A stretch of DNA of 64,000 nt, taken from contig OZ316899.1 of NCBI GenBank assembly GCA_973895155.1, forward strand, positions 10,753,135 to 10,817,134, given 5' to 3'. A model generated the notes under the pieces. That model was not told the origin of the DNA, did no database searches, and saw only the letters and a list, made by a program, of their open reading frames with translations. Position 1 is the first letter of the stretch. Each line of letters begins with the position of its first letter. Both the position numbers and the translations under genes were made by a program. This stretch comes from Marsupella aquatica (Eukaryota > Plantae > Marchantiophyta). This document shows positions 31,964 through 44,269 of the stretch, piece by piece.

Positions 31964-34275
31964 TTCCAACTGTTGGGCGTCGCTTGTCAACTGCACCATC
32001 AGTTGGTCTTGTTTAGTGGCTTCTTGTTGAAGTCGTGCCACCTCCGCTTTTGGGGTGTCCACTTTGGCTGTATCCCATTGAGCCCCAACATCGGCCTCCT
32101 CTACGTCCTTTTTCCAGATGACGGCTTGCCCTTTCAAACTGTCAATCTGGGCCCAAAGCAGTGAGATTTTGGTGTCCTTTCTAGCTCCGGCTTGCTCGGC
32201 CAAGGTTAACTTGGCTTCGGTGTTGGCAACCTGGGCGAGGGCGGTCGTAAGGTGAGGCCAAAGAAGTTGTAACTTGGTATCCCGGTATGAAGCTTTGTCT
32301 AAGAGTCGGGCTGTTTCAAGGGTACCGCTCAATCGTTGTTGTGGCTTCAGCCTGTGCCCGTCTTGCTTTCACCGCTGCCACCAGCTCTTGGCTGAAGAAG
32401 TAGGCCACCTTGTGGGCCATGAACTCCCCCATTTCTTGACTAATCTATTGGGAAAATTCACCCAACAACCATTCAAATACGTGCCCAGTGCAAAGAGTTC
32501 TGGGTTCACCAAGCTATGACCACTCGGGTTTGGGCAAGGACAGACTTCCACCCGGGCAGAGGCTGGGGTTGTTACGTCCAGCCCCGGGGTAGTAAGGGTA
32601 GATGGGGACAGGTGTCCAGCAAGGGGATCCACTTGGACAGGTGCGGAGGGTACCGCGGCTTCCTTTGGGGTTATGGCCTTGGGTTTGGGCTTGGGGCCGG
32701 CCTCAACCGAGCCAACCTCAATGATTGTGCAGGCCTGGTTGATTGCATCTAGGGTCGCAATGATAGTTGCGTTTGGTACGGGGGAAGGATCTTCAGTAGT
32801 GGTTTGCGGGGTCGGAGTGGAGGCGGGCACCACGGGCGTCGGGCGCCGGGATTTGGGCTGCTGTTGCCTTTCCTATGCCGGGAAGACCCACCGGGCCGGG
32901 GTGAGTTCGGGCTCGTTGAGTCGCAAAAGGGTTTGTCAATCAAAACGGGCGTACCACTTGATGATGATTTTGATGTGGCTTGTGGTACGCCTTCCCCACA
33001 AGGTACAAGGTATTCCTTTGTCGCTCCATCTCCTCATGGAACTTCTTGACAAAGAACAAAGCCCACTTTCTAGGTGACCGGTAGTTCTTGACCTGGATCA
33101 CTTGGGCGGCGGATATCTCACCTTGAGGCTCCATCATGTGGAGGGTGTACAACTGAAACTCTAGTTGCTCTGCAATCTCCGGGATGAGGCATGTCCTCAT
33201 TAGGAAGCCGTTGTCCACCGAACCCTTGGCTGGGAAGCTAGAGGACTAGTACTTGGCTCCCTTGCCCCCTGGCTCCCATGATTCTACACGCTTGTCTCCC
33301 TGGGGTAGGCCAAAGATGAATTTAAGTTGTGCTTTGTTCAGGGACATCACTCGTCCATGCGCACGGGTCTGTTGACGGGCTTCATCAAGGTTCTGGATGA
33401 ACTCCATCATGTCTTGCCCGTAGTACATGCAAGTGTTCCAAGGGAGGGCGGCGAGATGTTTGAACCCCTGGGTCTTGAGGTAACATGCATGCTTTGGATG
33501 GAGAATGTTTTTATGGACATTCTCCCCCATGGGATGCATGCTCAGTTTGGCCACTGATTGCCACTGTGGCCAAAGGTAGGCCAGATACTGCAGCCGGTTC
33601 CTTCCTCTTCCTACCTCAAGACTGGTTCTCGGGGTGACTTTTGGAGGGGGGCATCTCCCCATCTTCCCTATCCGGTGGTGGCAGGGCTACTGCCGTAAGT
33701 ACTGGTGTCGGGGCTGCCACCATTACCGCGTCATCCACCAAGACTACCTCCCTGGTTTGGGCTTGCTGAGGTGGTGGTGTTGTCCCGATGCGATAGGTAC
33801 CCAATGGGTTGCGGTTGAGGGGAAGGGCCTCATCCTCCAAGCTAAGATTGACCGCATTTAGCACAGACCGCACGCAAGCAGAGGGTGCGACTGGTGGAGG
33901 GGAACGGCTTGATGGAGGTCAAGGTGGTGTTTGTGCTGGTGCTGGTGAGTTGGCTGCAAGTGTAGCTGGCGGGGGCGCCATAGGACTCAGAAGGTTGGAT
34001 GGGAAGCCGAGTGATGCTAGGCTTGATGACCTGCCTGGATTTGGACTGCCAAACCGATAGTCAAGGAAGGACTGCACCTTGGCGGGTATGTTGTCAAAGT
34101 GATGACGCTGCAAGTCCACCGTGCCCGGAATTTTGAAGACTTTGTCTGGAAGTTGAAGGAGTGCTTCTCCAAAGCCGAGGTACTTTGTTCCTTCAAAGAA
34201 GAATTTGGCGATCTCCTTGTCCCAACAGTATTTGCTCTCAAGGGGAAGGGTTGTTGTTGTAGTGAGAGTGCCCAT
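31964..34275 (-). pseudogene. Decayed homologue of the LTR-encoded protein from a different family (B)
   Basis: YLKTQGFKHLAALPW...DMMEFIQNLD...TRAHGRVMSLNKAQLKFIFGLPQG and NGFLMRTCLIPEIAEQLEF...GEISAAQV align by eye with family A. A Pro-rich linker and coiled-coil tail follow; TATAAAA lies upstream at 34521-34527. Confidence 0.75.
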
Positions 34276-35510
34276 TCAAACGGATAAGCCGTTTGTACTG
34301 TCTTTCAGCTTTGTACCTGCGCGAGTTGTGCTCAGCGAGCGTTTTTGCAAGATGGTTACCAATACCCAGAAATTGGAACCAAAAGTGAATGGCAGAACTG
34401 GACATAACCGTGATAGACATATGGCGAGGGGTGTTGGATTGCTAAGGAAGGAATAGAAGAGTTGGGATCAAAGCTGGCGCACGGAGTGCACTAGTGACCG
34501 ATGACGGGGAAGAGTCCGCCTTTTATACCCTGGTGGCATGTCAATCAATTGATTCCTCCTGTTTGTGATAGGTCAAGCTCCTCATGCTTATTGTGTACTG
34601 GCCACTCCGCAGGTCCGGGTCAGGGCGTGACAGAGGGCCACTTCCCTGATCAGTTATACGGATCCAAGTTAGACGGCCATAACGCACTTGTAACCCGGCG
34701 GTACGTTTGGCGCTGCGCCGCCAGCCTGAGTGTGAATGCTCTTTATTGACTAAACTTGTCCTACTCATCATTACTAACTAATTTTGTGTCACTATGCTGA
34801 TAACTACGGACTACTAAGCCTACTCCGTATGTGCTCAGCACAATTTAGGCCAGATTATTCATTACCAGCCGTGCTGGCGGCGTCACACCCATGCACAACT
34901 TGCATAATGTGTTTGGCCAAGCATTTCTACCCGTATACAAGACTGACGACTGTGACTAGACTTCACAACATACAATCCTGATTTACACAAAGGAAATGGT
35001 GGGGTAAAGACTTACTTTGGAATCCGCTATACACATACACATGGTTGGCTTGACTTCTCTTGGACTAGCAGGCCGACGGAGAGCTGCACACTACAACACA
35101 CTACAACGGAGCCCGGCTTTGCACTCGCCCAACAAGATGAGTCATACATTCATCCCTTGGTGCTCTTTATCCTTGAAGGCCAGGACTGTCTAAGAGTCAT
35201 GACCTAGAACGGCCAACGACGCTGGATCTAACCTAACCTAAGTTTCCTCTAACTGTCAGATTGCAAAACGGTGCATCCTATCCTATGATTTTGTGCTTAG
35301 TGGGGTTGGTCGGATAAGATAGTGCCGCTAACTAGTTTTGGTGTTTGTCTCCAACGGCCAACCTTCCTATCTAACCCTGACTCTACTCTAAAACTACCCT
35401 ATCACTACTGTCTGGCATGTTTGCCAGACCCACCTGAGGTGGACTTGGTCCTGGAGAGACTCATTCTCTCTCTTTGTCATGTCTGTCTCCTCTGTGGCAT
35501 CCTGGCATGC

Positions 35511-35975
35511 CTCTTCCAGTTGTTGGGTGTCATTCGTTAGTTGCACCACTAGTTGGTCCTAATTTGTGGCCTCTTGTAGAATCCGCGCCACCTCCGCTTT
35601 CAGAGCGTCAACCTTCATTGCATCTCTCTGAGCCTGAGCTTGAGCCTCCTCCAGGTCCTTTTGCCAAGTGATAGCTTGTGTCGTCAAGCTATCAATCTGT
35701 GCCCAAAGCCGCACAATCTTTGTATCCTTGTCGACTCCAATTTGCGTGGCCAAGGCTGCCTTGGCTTTGACTTTGGTGATCTGGGCCGGGGTGGTTGCAA
35801 GCCCCAAGCCAAAGAAGTTGTAGCTTGGTTTCTCGGGTTGAGGCTTCATCTAATAGTTGGGTTGCCGCAACTCAATATTGCTCTATTCTCTTCACTGCTT
35901 TGGACTGGGCATGACCTGCCTTTACTGCTGCAACCAACTCTTGGCTGAAGAAGTAAGCCACCTTGCTGGCCATAA
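35511..35975 (-). repeat. Diverged second copy of the family B coiled-coil C-terminus
   Basis: Aligns with 31964-32420 (KDTKIVRLWAQIDSL vs KDTKISLLWAQIDSL); cut by the Harbinger insertion. Confidence 0.8.
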
Positions 35976-37263
35976 GAGCATCTCCAACGGTTTGGAGATT
36001 TGTGGTCCCTATCCCCATCATATGGCGGGTGAAATGGCGCCTGCCAAAATGGAGAGTCACCTTACTTTAACGCAATCCCCACTAGCAACACCCCATTTTG
36101 ACCTCCATCCCATATGCGCGTGTCCAAACTGGGGCCCACAACTGTGGGGAGGATTCTCACACGCGTTGGATTCACTTTAGTTTGGTGTGAAGTGAACCCT
36201 CTGTTTCTTGCAGACCTCGACTCACGAGACCTCGACTCACGAGACCTCGACTCACGAGACCTCGACTCACGAGACCTCGACTCACGAGACCTCGACTCAC
36301 GAGACCTCGACTCACGAGACCTCGACTCACGAGACCTCGACTCACGAGACCTCGACTCACGAGACCTCGACTCACAAGACCTCGACTCACGAGACCTTGA
36401 CTCACATTTTGACGCAACAGAGGTCGGAGAATGCATGTTGATTGTGCAACTTCATTTATTTTTTTCAAGTGATTTGTGTTGTGTGCTTGCCCTTGCTGCC
36501 GCCTTCAAATTAATGCAGAGCAAGGTTTTCCAGGTATGTTTGGTTCATTGGATTGCATGCATTGGCCATGGAAGAATTGTCCTGTTGCTTGGCAAGGCCA
36601 ATACAGTGACAAGGACAAAAACAAATCCATCATATTGGAAGCAATTGTTGATCAAGAATTGTGGATTTGGCATGCCCCTTTTGGGCTGGCTGGGGGAAAT
36701 AATGATCTAAATGTGCTTGACTGATCACCACTTCTAAATGAATGGTTGCATAATGATTTGGCCAATGTCAGTTTCCATGTCAATGGTACGGAGTACAAAC
36801 GAGCTTATTTGCTGGTGGATGGAATTTATCCAGAGTGGTCCATGTTCATATCCACTGTGCCATGTTCATATCCACTGTGCACATGCCACAGTCTGATAAG
36901 TTGAAGCATTTTGCAAGATGTCAAGAGGCAGCAAGAAAAGATGTGGAGAGGGCATTTGGGGTCCTCCAAGCTAGATTTGAGATAGTGAAGAGGCCTGCCA
37001 GGTCTTGGTACAAAAAGAACATTGTAAATATTTTGCTTGCTTGTGTCATCCTCCACAATATGATTGTTGAGGATGAGAGAGATGAGAATTTTCCTCCATA
37101 TTTAAGGGTTCCTGCAGCAAGAGTGAATAGGGGAAATCTGCCATGGCTGGAGTTCCTTGCTGCAACAGCTAAAATTAACAACAAGGCTAACCATTTCTGG
37201 CTGAGAAATGACATTGTTGATCACCTTTGGAATAGAAAGGGGTCTGGTCTTTCTGATCACTGA
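35976..37263 (+). mobile_element. PIF/Harbinger DNA transposon remnant with decayed DDE transposase
   Basis: TAA followed by the TIR GAGCATCTCCAA. Motifs GFPGMFGSLDCMHW.WKNCP, NNDLNVLD, DGIYP, RKDVERAFGVLQARF, ACVILHNMIVEDE. Stop at ~36722 and a 20-bp duplication at 36841-36880; 3' TIR not seen. Confidence 0.92.
36212..36406. repeat. 15-bp minisatellite (AGACCTCGACTCACG) x13
   Basis: Directly visible, with only a few single-base variants in the last units. Confidence 0.97.
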
Positions 37264-37549
37264 AATTCAGGTGAGTCTTTGGAGTTTTTCTTGCACAACC
37301 CTGCATTTATTTTCCTAAATGAAACACACTAGTCCTACCTTGGGACTTGAGGGTACCAAGTCACAGGTCTGAAATGAGTGATGATGTCATGGTAGACAAA
37401 GTACATTTGACTTGCTTCCCCCTTGACTGAACTTCAATCCACCTATTTGGAAGTACAGGAAACTTGGGAGATACTGTCGAGGCAGGTACATGAAACTCGG
37501 GAGAAACTTGGGAATTTTAGAGGCCTAATTCAAAGCTCTCAAATTGTTT

Positions 37550-39654
37550 TGGTGCTTGACTTTGTGGTCTAGAGGACGTACCCACAATTTTTTGATTATT
37601 AGCATTGCTAGGAGGCAATCAAACATGGAAGAGCAAAAGAAGAATGGGAAACCATGGGCACCTCCAACGAAGGTGACAGGAAAGGAGGCAAGCAAGAAAA
37701 CACCACTGTTGATGAAGCTCATGGAGTTTGAGCCCGATCACCCTTCAATCTCCCTCTGCAGCTCGTTGGCCTTCTGTTGGGATATAGAGCCACACAACGC
37801 ATGCTGGGCGGTTAAATCCTTCAACTCTTCACCGAGTTTCCGCCGGATGCCTTGCTTGTGTCGTAGCTGCTGGTCCATCCGCTAGATGGCTGATTTTGTC
37901 TTTCGGACCTCAGCTTGTAGATCTGCTTCCCCTTCTTTGGTGGCGGCCATGCGCTGGCCCCATTCTTCCTCCTTGTCAGCCAGTAGCTTTTGCAGCTTCC
38001 CTTTCTCTTGCTGAGCTTTTCCTAGCTCAATCTTTAGAGCTAGTGTCCCAACCATCCACTAGATGGCTGATTTTGTCTTTCGGACCTCAGCTTGTAGATC
38101 CGCTTCCCCTTCTTTGGTGGCGGCCATGCGCTGGCCCCATTCTTCCTCCTTGTCAGCCAATAGCTTTTGCAGCTTCCCTTTCTCTTGCTGAGCTTTTCCT
38201 AGCTCAATCTTTAGAGCTAGTGTCCCAACCCTCTTGGTTCGGACTTCCTCCTGGGTCTTCTGTAGGACCGTGGTTGCCTCCTTGTACTTCTGCCTCTCTT
38301 GATCCATCAATCCTTCTATTTTTGTCATCTGCTTCATCATGATCTTGTTGGAGTCAGACTTCTTCTGTACTTTCTTGAGGAGTCATGCAACCTTCTCTTC
38401 CAATTCGCTCAACTTGTCTATGTTACCAGTCTTGCCCTCTGACTCCAAAATTATTATCCTTGCCATTGCCTTGGCTTCTTTCAAATCCCTCAACCAGTAG
38501 TAGAGGTCCTTGGTGTTGGGGACTGGCTTTCCTATAAAAGCCAGACGCTGAGCAAAAGTCTTCAATTCCGCTAGGTTAGTATTGTCCGGGAGTTTGGACA
38601 ACATGGTTTGCTGGAAGGTGGCTTCCCTCCTCTCTTCTTCTTCTTCCTCTTCTTTGTCTTCTTCATCGGGGAGGTTCACCGCCCTCCTCTTTCTCTTGAG
38701 GCTTGTACGACATTGTTTGGCGTGCTCGCTCAGGTTCCGGAGAGCCTCTGCTCCTCCTTCACTTTCTGCATCTGAATTTAGGGGTGCTTCCCCCTCTTCT
38801 TCCTCTTCATTGTCTTCAAAATCCTCCTCATTGTACTCTGGTGAATCCACATTGACGTTGGCTGTGGATCCCAATGCCGTCCCAACCGGTGTTGTCCAAT
38901 GGGCCGCTCCTTGACCTTCTGGCTCCGATTCATCCGAGTGTGAATCGTCCGATGGAGCCCTATTGATCGCCTCCTGGGCACCAAACACATTGTGCACTAT
39001 GACTCACAACTGATAGGCTAACAGCAAAGGGAATTTTGGACAGCCCTTCAAATCGATCATAGCAGATACATTGCCTTCCATAACTGAAGCGGGTGGAGGC
39101 ATCCCACAAACAGAGCTCTTGTGGTGGTAATTCTTGGAAAGGTGGCGTGATGGTATCCGCTCTTAACCATCACCCACTTGGTGCAAAACTCTATAAAGTT
39201 CCAATACTCCTTTTGCTGGATGGCCCCATACTGCATGTTTTCGCGGTTTATCCGGACCTCTGTCTGTTGCAAGAAGGCCGCCACGCCCTCTTTCTCAATT
39301 GGGTTGACTTGGTAAGCAAATGGTAATCCTCCCGCCCGTGGTAGTTCGAACATGTCGCATAGCTTTGGATTGGAGAAGGTATAAGTCTTCCCTCTGTATG
39401 TAATGAACATTCCCTTGGGCGACATGGTCACCTTCGTGATTTGCAAGCAAATTTCTCTTGCTTGCATGGTTGATAGATAACGGTCCATCCGGACCAAGCC
39501 ATAAATTCTGGCTCAGTCTGTCGAGTATTGCTCGACTTTCCTCAATGCGTTGTACCTCTATGACGGAGTTGCGGAGATTCTCCTCTGCCGATAGGGCTCC
39601 CTTCTTGTTCTTAGCGGGGGGAACCTCTGCTCTTTGTGCTCCTGTTCCCTCCAT
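37550..39654 (-). pseudogene. Decayed transposon accessory ORF (family C): plant-transposon-like domain + acidic tract + coiled coil
   Basis: ITYRGKTYTFSNPKLCDMFELP resembles RIYGKDFYLTPKVIAEVFGLP. Followed by an E/D-rich region, KRKRR and a heptad-rich tail; frameshifts and stops. Confidence 0.55.
37875..38228. repeat. 177-bp tandem duplication (59 codons) in the family C coiled coil
   Basis: 37875-38051 and 38052-38228 are nearly identical. Confidence 0.95.
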
Positions 39655-40099
39655 CTTTGCTCAAGAAAATTAGTAACGCAAGCAAGTAGCAAGTGGACAG
39701 TTGCGTCACGATCTAGCTTATGCCTTTATTGAAAGGGAGATTTGATGAGTGCGCGATTGCTTTGTGAGGCGAATTGAGCTTGCCTTACTGCCTTAAGCTC
39801 CCAGATCTTCCTTGCCACGGTCTGTGAATGTCCGGAAGGCGGGATGGTCCTTGTCTTGTGAGCATGAGGGGTCTTAGGGAAGTGCCCTATTGATGATGGC
39901 CCTCGTTGCGGTATTATTCTGGGGGCTACTTAAAATTGCCTTCCACTTATGACTTAGTGAAGGCACGGCACCTGACGTTGTTGTGTACGCTGCGCCCGCT
40001 TGTTATGACTAGAGGTGGTACTTTAAGTACTATTTATGGCTATTCCAACTGTATTAGGGTAATGATGGTGCTTTACTAAAATGACAAAAAAAGATCAGG

Positions 40100-40740
40100 G
40101 TTTGCACAGGCCGCACAATGTGCTGATATGCCCTCCGCAAAACCTCAGGTGGCATCAAGTTGGTCCACCATAATCGTGGCCGATGTGCTGTCAATTCGAC
40201 ACTAGCAGCATCTAAAAAAACAGCAGGTCCTAACGAGGACCTCACTTGGTGCATACTAGCCACCATCTGTGACCTAGTATCACCCAATAAGGGAACATTC
40301 TCCAGAATGTAGGTGGGAGAGACATGCTGCTTCACCTGCAAAAACCTCATGACATGCAGCATCTTCCAAAACATGGGAGAATGATGGTCTTTGAGACCAG
40401 ATCTTGTCCCAATCCCGGTCCCAATAGAGGAATGGCCCTGGCATGACCAACCAGCAATCACAAGGTGAATCTCACCAATGCGTACTAAATCCGACACCCC
40501 CAAAAGTGAGATGTCTGCTAGCAAAGCGTGCTGATAACCTCTAATAGTTGATAGGGGCAACAAATCAGGGAATTGCTGATGCAACTGAGCAACATGACGC
40601 AGTGAGACACATCGGGCTGTGTCATCTCGCTCCACATAGAGATACTGATGCACTCTAATACCAACATGTAAGACAACAACTAAACCAGTGCTCATGCCAC
40701 CAAACAACTCCAACAAGCCAATACCCTTAGTAGGGTATGT
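40100..40740 (-). pseudogene. Truncated intronless C5-cytosine DNA methyltransferase, DNMT3-like
   Basis: Motif I LLELFGG, motif II YVE, motif IV LVIAGWSCQG (TCA is one transition from CCA/Pro), motif VI ILENV, motif VIII AHRPRLWWTNL. Motifs IX-X are absent. Confidence 0.85.
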
Positions 40741-41270
40741 CCAAAAATGGGAGTGGTGTCCAACGGGGACATAGTGATCAAACTAGGAATGTCATCCCCC
40801 ACCTGTGGCTCCTCTAAAGGGACAAATGGTGCACGCCAAGTTGCCTATACCTACAAATCAGCATGTTGCTGTAACTCAGGAGTGGAACCCCATACCTGTG
40901 GTACAACCATTAGTAGAAATCGGGGCATTTTAGACCAAACCTTATAGGACTAAGGCCACTAAGTCCTTTTTTGCAACTTTAAATGACTCAGAACCATTGC
41001 ACCGGTTCACATGAACACTACAAACGACTGTGAGTGCTTTTTGGTTTAGGATAAGACTAGGAAAAGTTTCCACCCTACTTTGTGACCTATTGTGCACACT
41101 CTAGCACATGATGGGTTGTCCTTGCATTGTGTTGCGGGCTTTAATTTGATAATGGGCATATGGGGGGGTTGCACTACTCATTTGGGACCTCTTTACCAAC
41201 ATCCCGCTATATTGAACACTTACACACTCAGTACATGATGAGATGCCCTAATGTCTCATATACTCCATAG

Positions 41271-41530
41271 TGGGTTTAGGGGGGGTTTAGGATCTTTGGG
41301 TGGGCAGGTTATATGTGAAGGGTGTGGGGGGCCACCACTAAAGGGGGTTTAGGGGGGTTTATATGTCAAGGGTGGACCAGTTAGGTCTCAAGGGGGTGGG
41401 GGTCAGTAAAGGGGGTTTATATCTCAAGTATGTGCCGGTTATATGTCAAGGGTGTGGGGGGTCACTAAAAGGGGTTTAGGGGGGTTTAAATGTCAAGGGC
41501 GGGGGGCGGGTTACAGCTTTCAGGGGGTGA
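41271..41530. repeat. Degenerate G-rich tandem repeat with TTTAGGG-like motifs
   Basis: About four imperfect units such as AAAGGGGGTTTAGGGGGGTTTATATGTCAAGGGTG. Confidence 0.75.
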
Positions 41531-41631
41531 GGGGCTTATGCTTCACTCAAGCCCCATTGGATGGAGTCCATCCCCACCATCCAAAATCTGTGGTTACATA
41601 CCCAAGATGGCCATGCAGTGACACTTTGTAG

Positions 41632-44269
41632 TGTGATGCCTAGTCAGGAATCACTAGGCCAGTTTAAATGGTAAAACTCAGGAGTGTACCCTGGAAACAC
41701 ATTAGTGTAGTAACAAAAACAAGGAAAATATAAATAATTGAGGGTAACTATGGAACCCAAGCCAAGGCCGGAAGTAAGGACGTCGGGGGAGGGAACACGA
41801 TTAGGGTTAGGGCGCGCTAAGTACCGACGGCTATGGGTAACTAACGGGAAGGAAGACCAGGTAGGAGGGGGGTAAGGACCGATTGCAAGGAATGATGGCT
41901 CATTTGCAAGCACGAACTAAGCAGACGACTACGTGAAGCCAACTACTATCAGTTGCTTAGGCAAGCACTCAGGGCGGGAGAAAATACCGACTATCAATTC
42001 AAAGAAGGGTATGAGCAACGTCAATCAAGCTGCTCATTTTTGGGGATGCCTGTTAGAATGGGCAATTGAGTACATTGGGACCTACAAGGACGAAGAATCA
42101 GAAAGAGCAGCTCAAGAACGGCAGGACCTCGCTTGACTGTGGGAGTTGCAAAAGTCTGCCTTCTTAGGAGGAGAACTCATCACGGCTGAATTCCTGTGGA
42201 CACCTACTGGCGACAAGCTAGACGACCTTCTGTTTTGCGAGAATAGAATAGTCGGCATCCGGGAAGCCATCAACCATTGCAACGACGCACACTGGGAGTT
42301 GAAGGGTAGCACAGAGGGGTGGACGAAGGCAACCGTCCTCGGAGAAACATCCACGGCAGCAGCTATGAAGAGGAAAGGGAACAACAATGAAGAGACCACC
42401 CCTGCAAAGAGAATGAGGTTGGCGGCACCAAGGAAGCCAGCCGAGCAAGGGAGCAGGAGGCAGGAAGAAGCCAAAGAAGAGGAGGTCGACCCCATCAATG
42501 TCGTTCCAACAAGGGATGACACCTGGAAAGGCTGGGCGGCGACCCTCCCCGAGGAAGTGCAATTACACTTTGCACGTGAAGAGGATGCATGCTTTATGGC
42601 TATGCAGACTTGGAAGTACCAAGGCTTCATGGCCGGATCCGGCTTGGAAGCCTTTGTGAAATTACCATAGCTGAAGCCGGAGGTGCCGGATTCAGACTTA
42701 TTAGAATTTGTGGGATCTTGGGAGCCCGAGACCAATTCCACAAGGTTGTATGGGAAGGATTTCTATCTCACTCCCCAGGTGATTGCCAAAGTATTTGGCT
42801 TGCCGATGGGCAATAAGACCAAAGTAGATACCAGGAAGACCTTGCCAGACAAGGAGTTCCGGTCATTCCCAGGGCCATCAATGAAGAATGGCTTCTTTCG
42901 GAACTCCTGCACCAACCCGCACATAGGAGAGATAATCGATTTCTTGCGGGTTACCATGCATTGTAACTTGCCAAGGCCAGAGATCGGCAAGGCACAGGTC
43001 TACCTGGCGGAGAGACCAAACCCAAGTCGGGACTACAACGGGTACCTCCTCACCCAACTTAAGAAGATCTTGAAGGAGGAACAGCAGGTGATCGGCAAGG
43101 GAAGCATGTCCCGGCTTGGCTATCACATGCCGCTCTTGTGCCGGTATGCCCAAAGTCAGATCTTTGCCCTGGTACTTCCCCTACAGGCAAGGGCATCAGA
43201 GGAGGTTAAGGAACAGAGGCTGGCAGCAGAGAAGCCCAACCAGCCCGACAGTCCAACACTCCAACAATCGAGCAGGTGTTTAGGCCGAGGACGGAAGACT
43301 TGTCGATTCAGCAACCAGGCATGCAAAATTTGCTGAAATTGCTGAAGAAGGAAAAGAGGATGGCAACGCCAATGCCAACACCAATGGCACAGGTACAGGA
43401 CACTACCTCAGAGGTTGGTCTAAGCCGACTCATGAGGGAAAACCCCTTTACCAGAGCCAAGGAAAGAAGGAGGCCGGAACATGAGCCGGGGGTTCAAATG
43501 TATGTAGGAACCTTGAGTCCCAAAGTCAAGGGAAGACACCCTAAGGCTCTTGTTCACGGGAAACAGAGGGAGAAGACAGTCTGGAAGCCGGAGGAGGAAC
43601 TAGGACCTGGGAGCTATGATCGGCAAGAGGCCATGTTCACAGCAAGACCAGGAGAGCAGTGAGGGGAGTCAGTAATCCAAGTTGGGGAGGAGGTGGTGGA
43701 GGACTACAGCAATGATGACTCCGACTACGGGTCAGACCATCATGTCCCGAGAGTAAGGACCTGTGGCCGTTTCATCCCCACGCTTCCAAGAGTAGTTCGA
43801 GGGGACCCCACCCAGCAGAACAGCCCCGAGTCTCCCCCACCAGATGTCACTCCCCCAAGCTTTGACGGAATAAAACAGATGACACAGGAGTATCAGGAGT
43901 GACTCAGGGAAGAAGAGGAGGCAGCCCTGGCTAGGGAGAAGGATTTACTTGGGGGAGAATGGCCAGAGGACATCCGGCGGCTTGCAAAAAGACGGGGCAG
44001 CCCTCCAGCCACAAAAGAAGAAGTACGGAAGGCGGCTTGGGAACAAAGGCCGCGGTGGTTGATGCCGATGACTTCTACTCACTCCACCTATGCTAAAGAA
44101 AGAGCCATGGAGTACGGGGAGATGTGTGGGGAACTTGCGCTCAGCATCTTTGGGGAGGAGTTGGAGCAGGGACCCTTTTTCTAGAGGGAGATGTTGGAGA
44201 AACGCCAATTGGAAGAAGCGGTGGCTTTGGAGAGAAGAAAGAAGGACGAGGTCATCTGATAGCTTAGGG
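41632..44269 (+). mobile_element. 3'-truncated family A LTR with decayed ORF
   Basis: Starts TGTGATGCC; homology stops after ...KKDEVI at ~44269. Confidence 0.92.

Noticed and set aside
36062-36710. Repeat-protein ORFs or a CRISPR array at the minisatellite
   Set aside because: Spacerless 15-bp tandem repeat in eukaryotic DNA; the frames are open only because the unit lacks stops.
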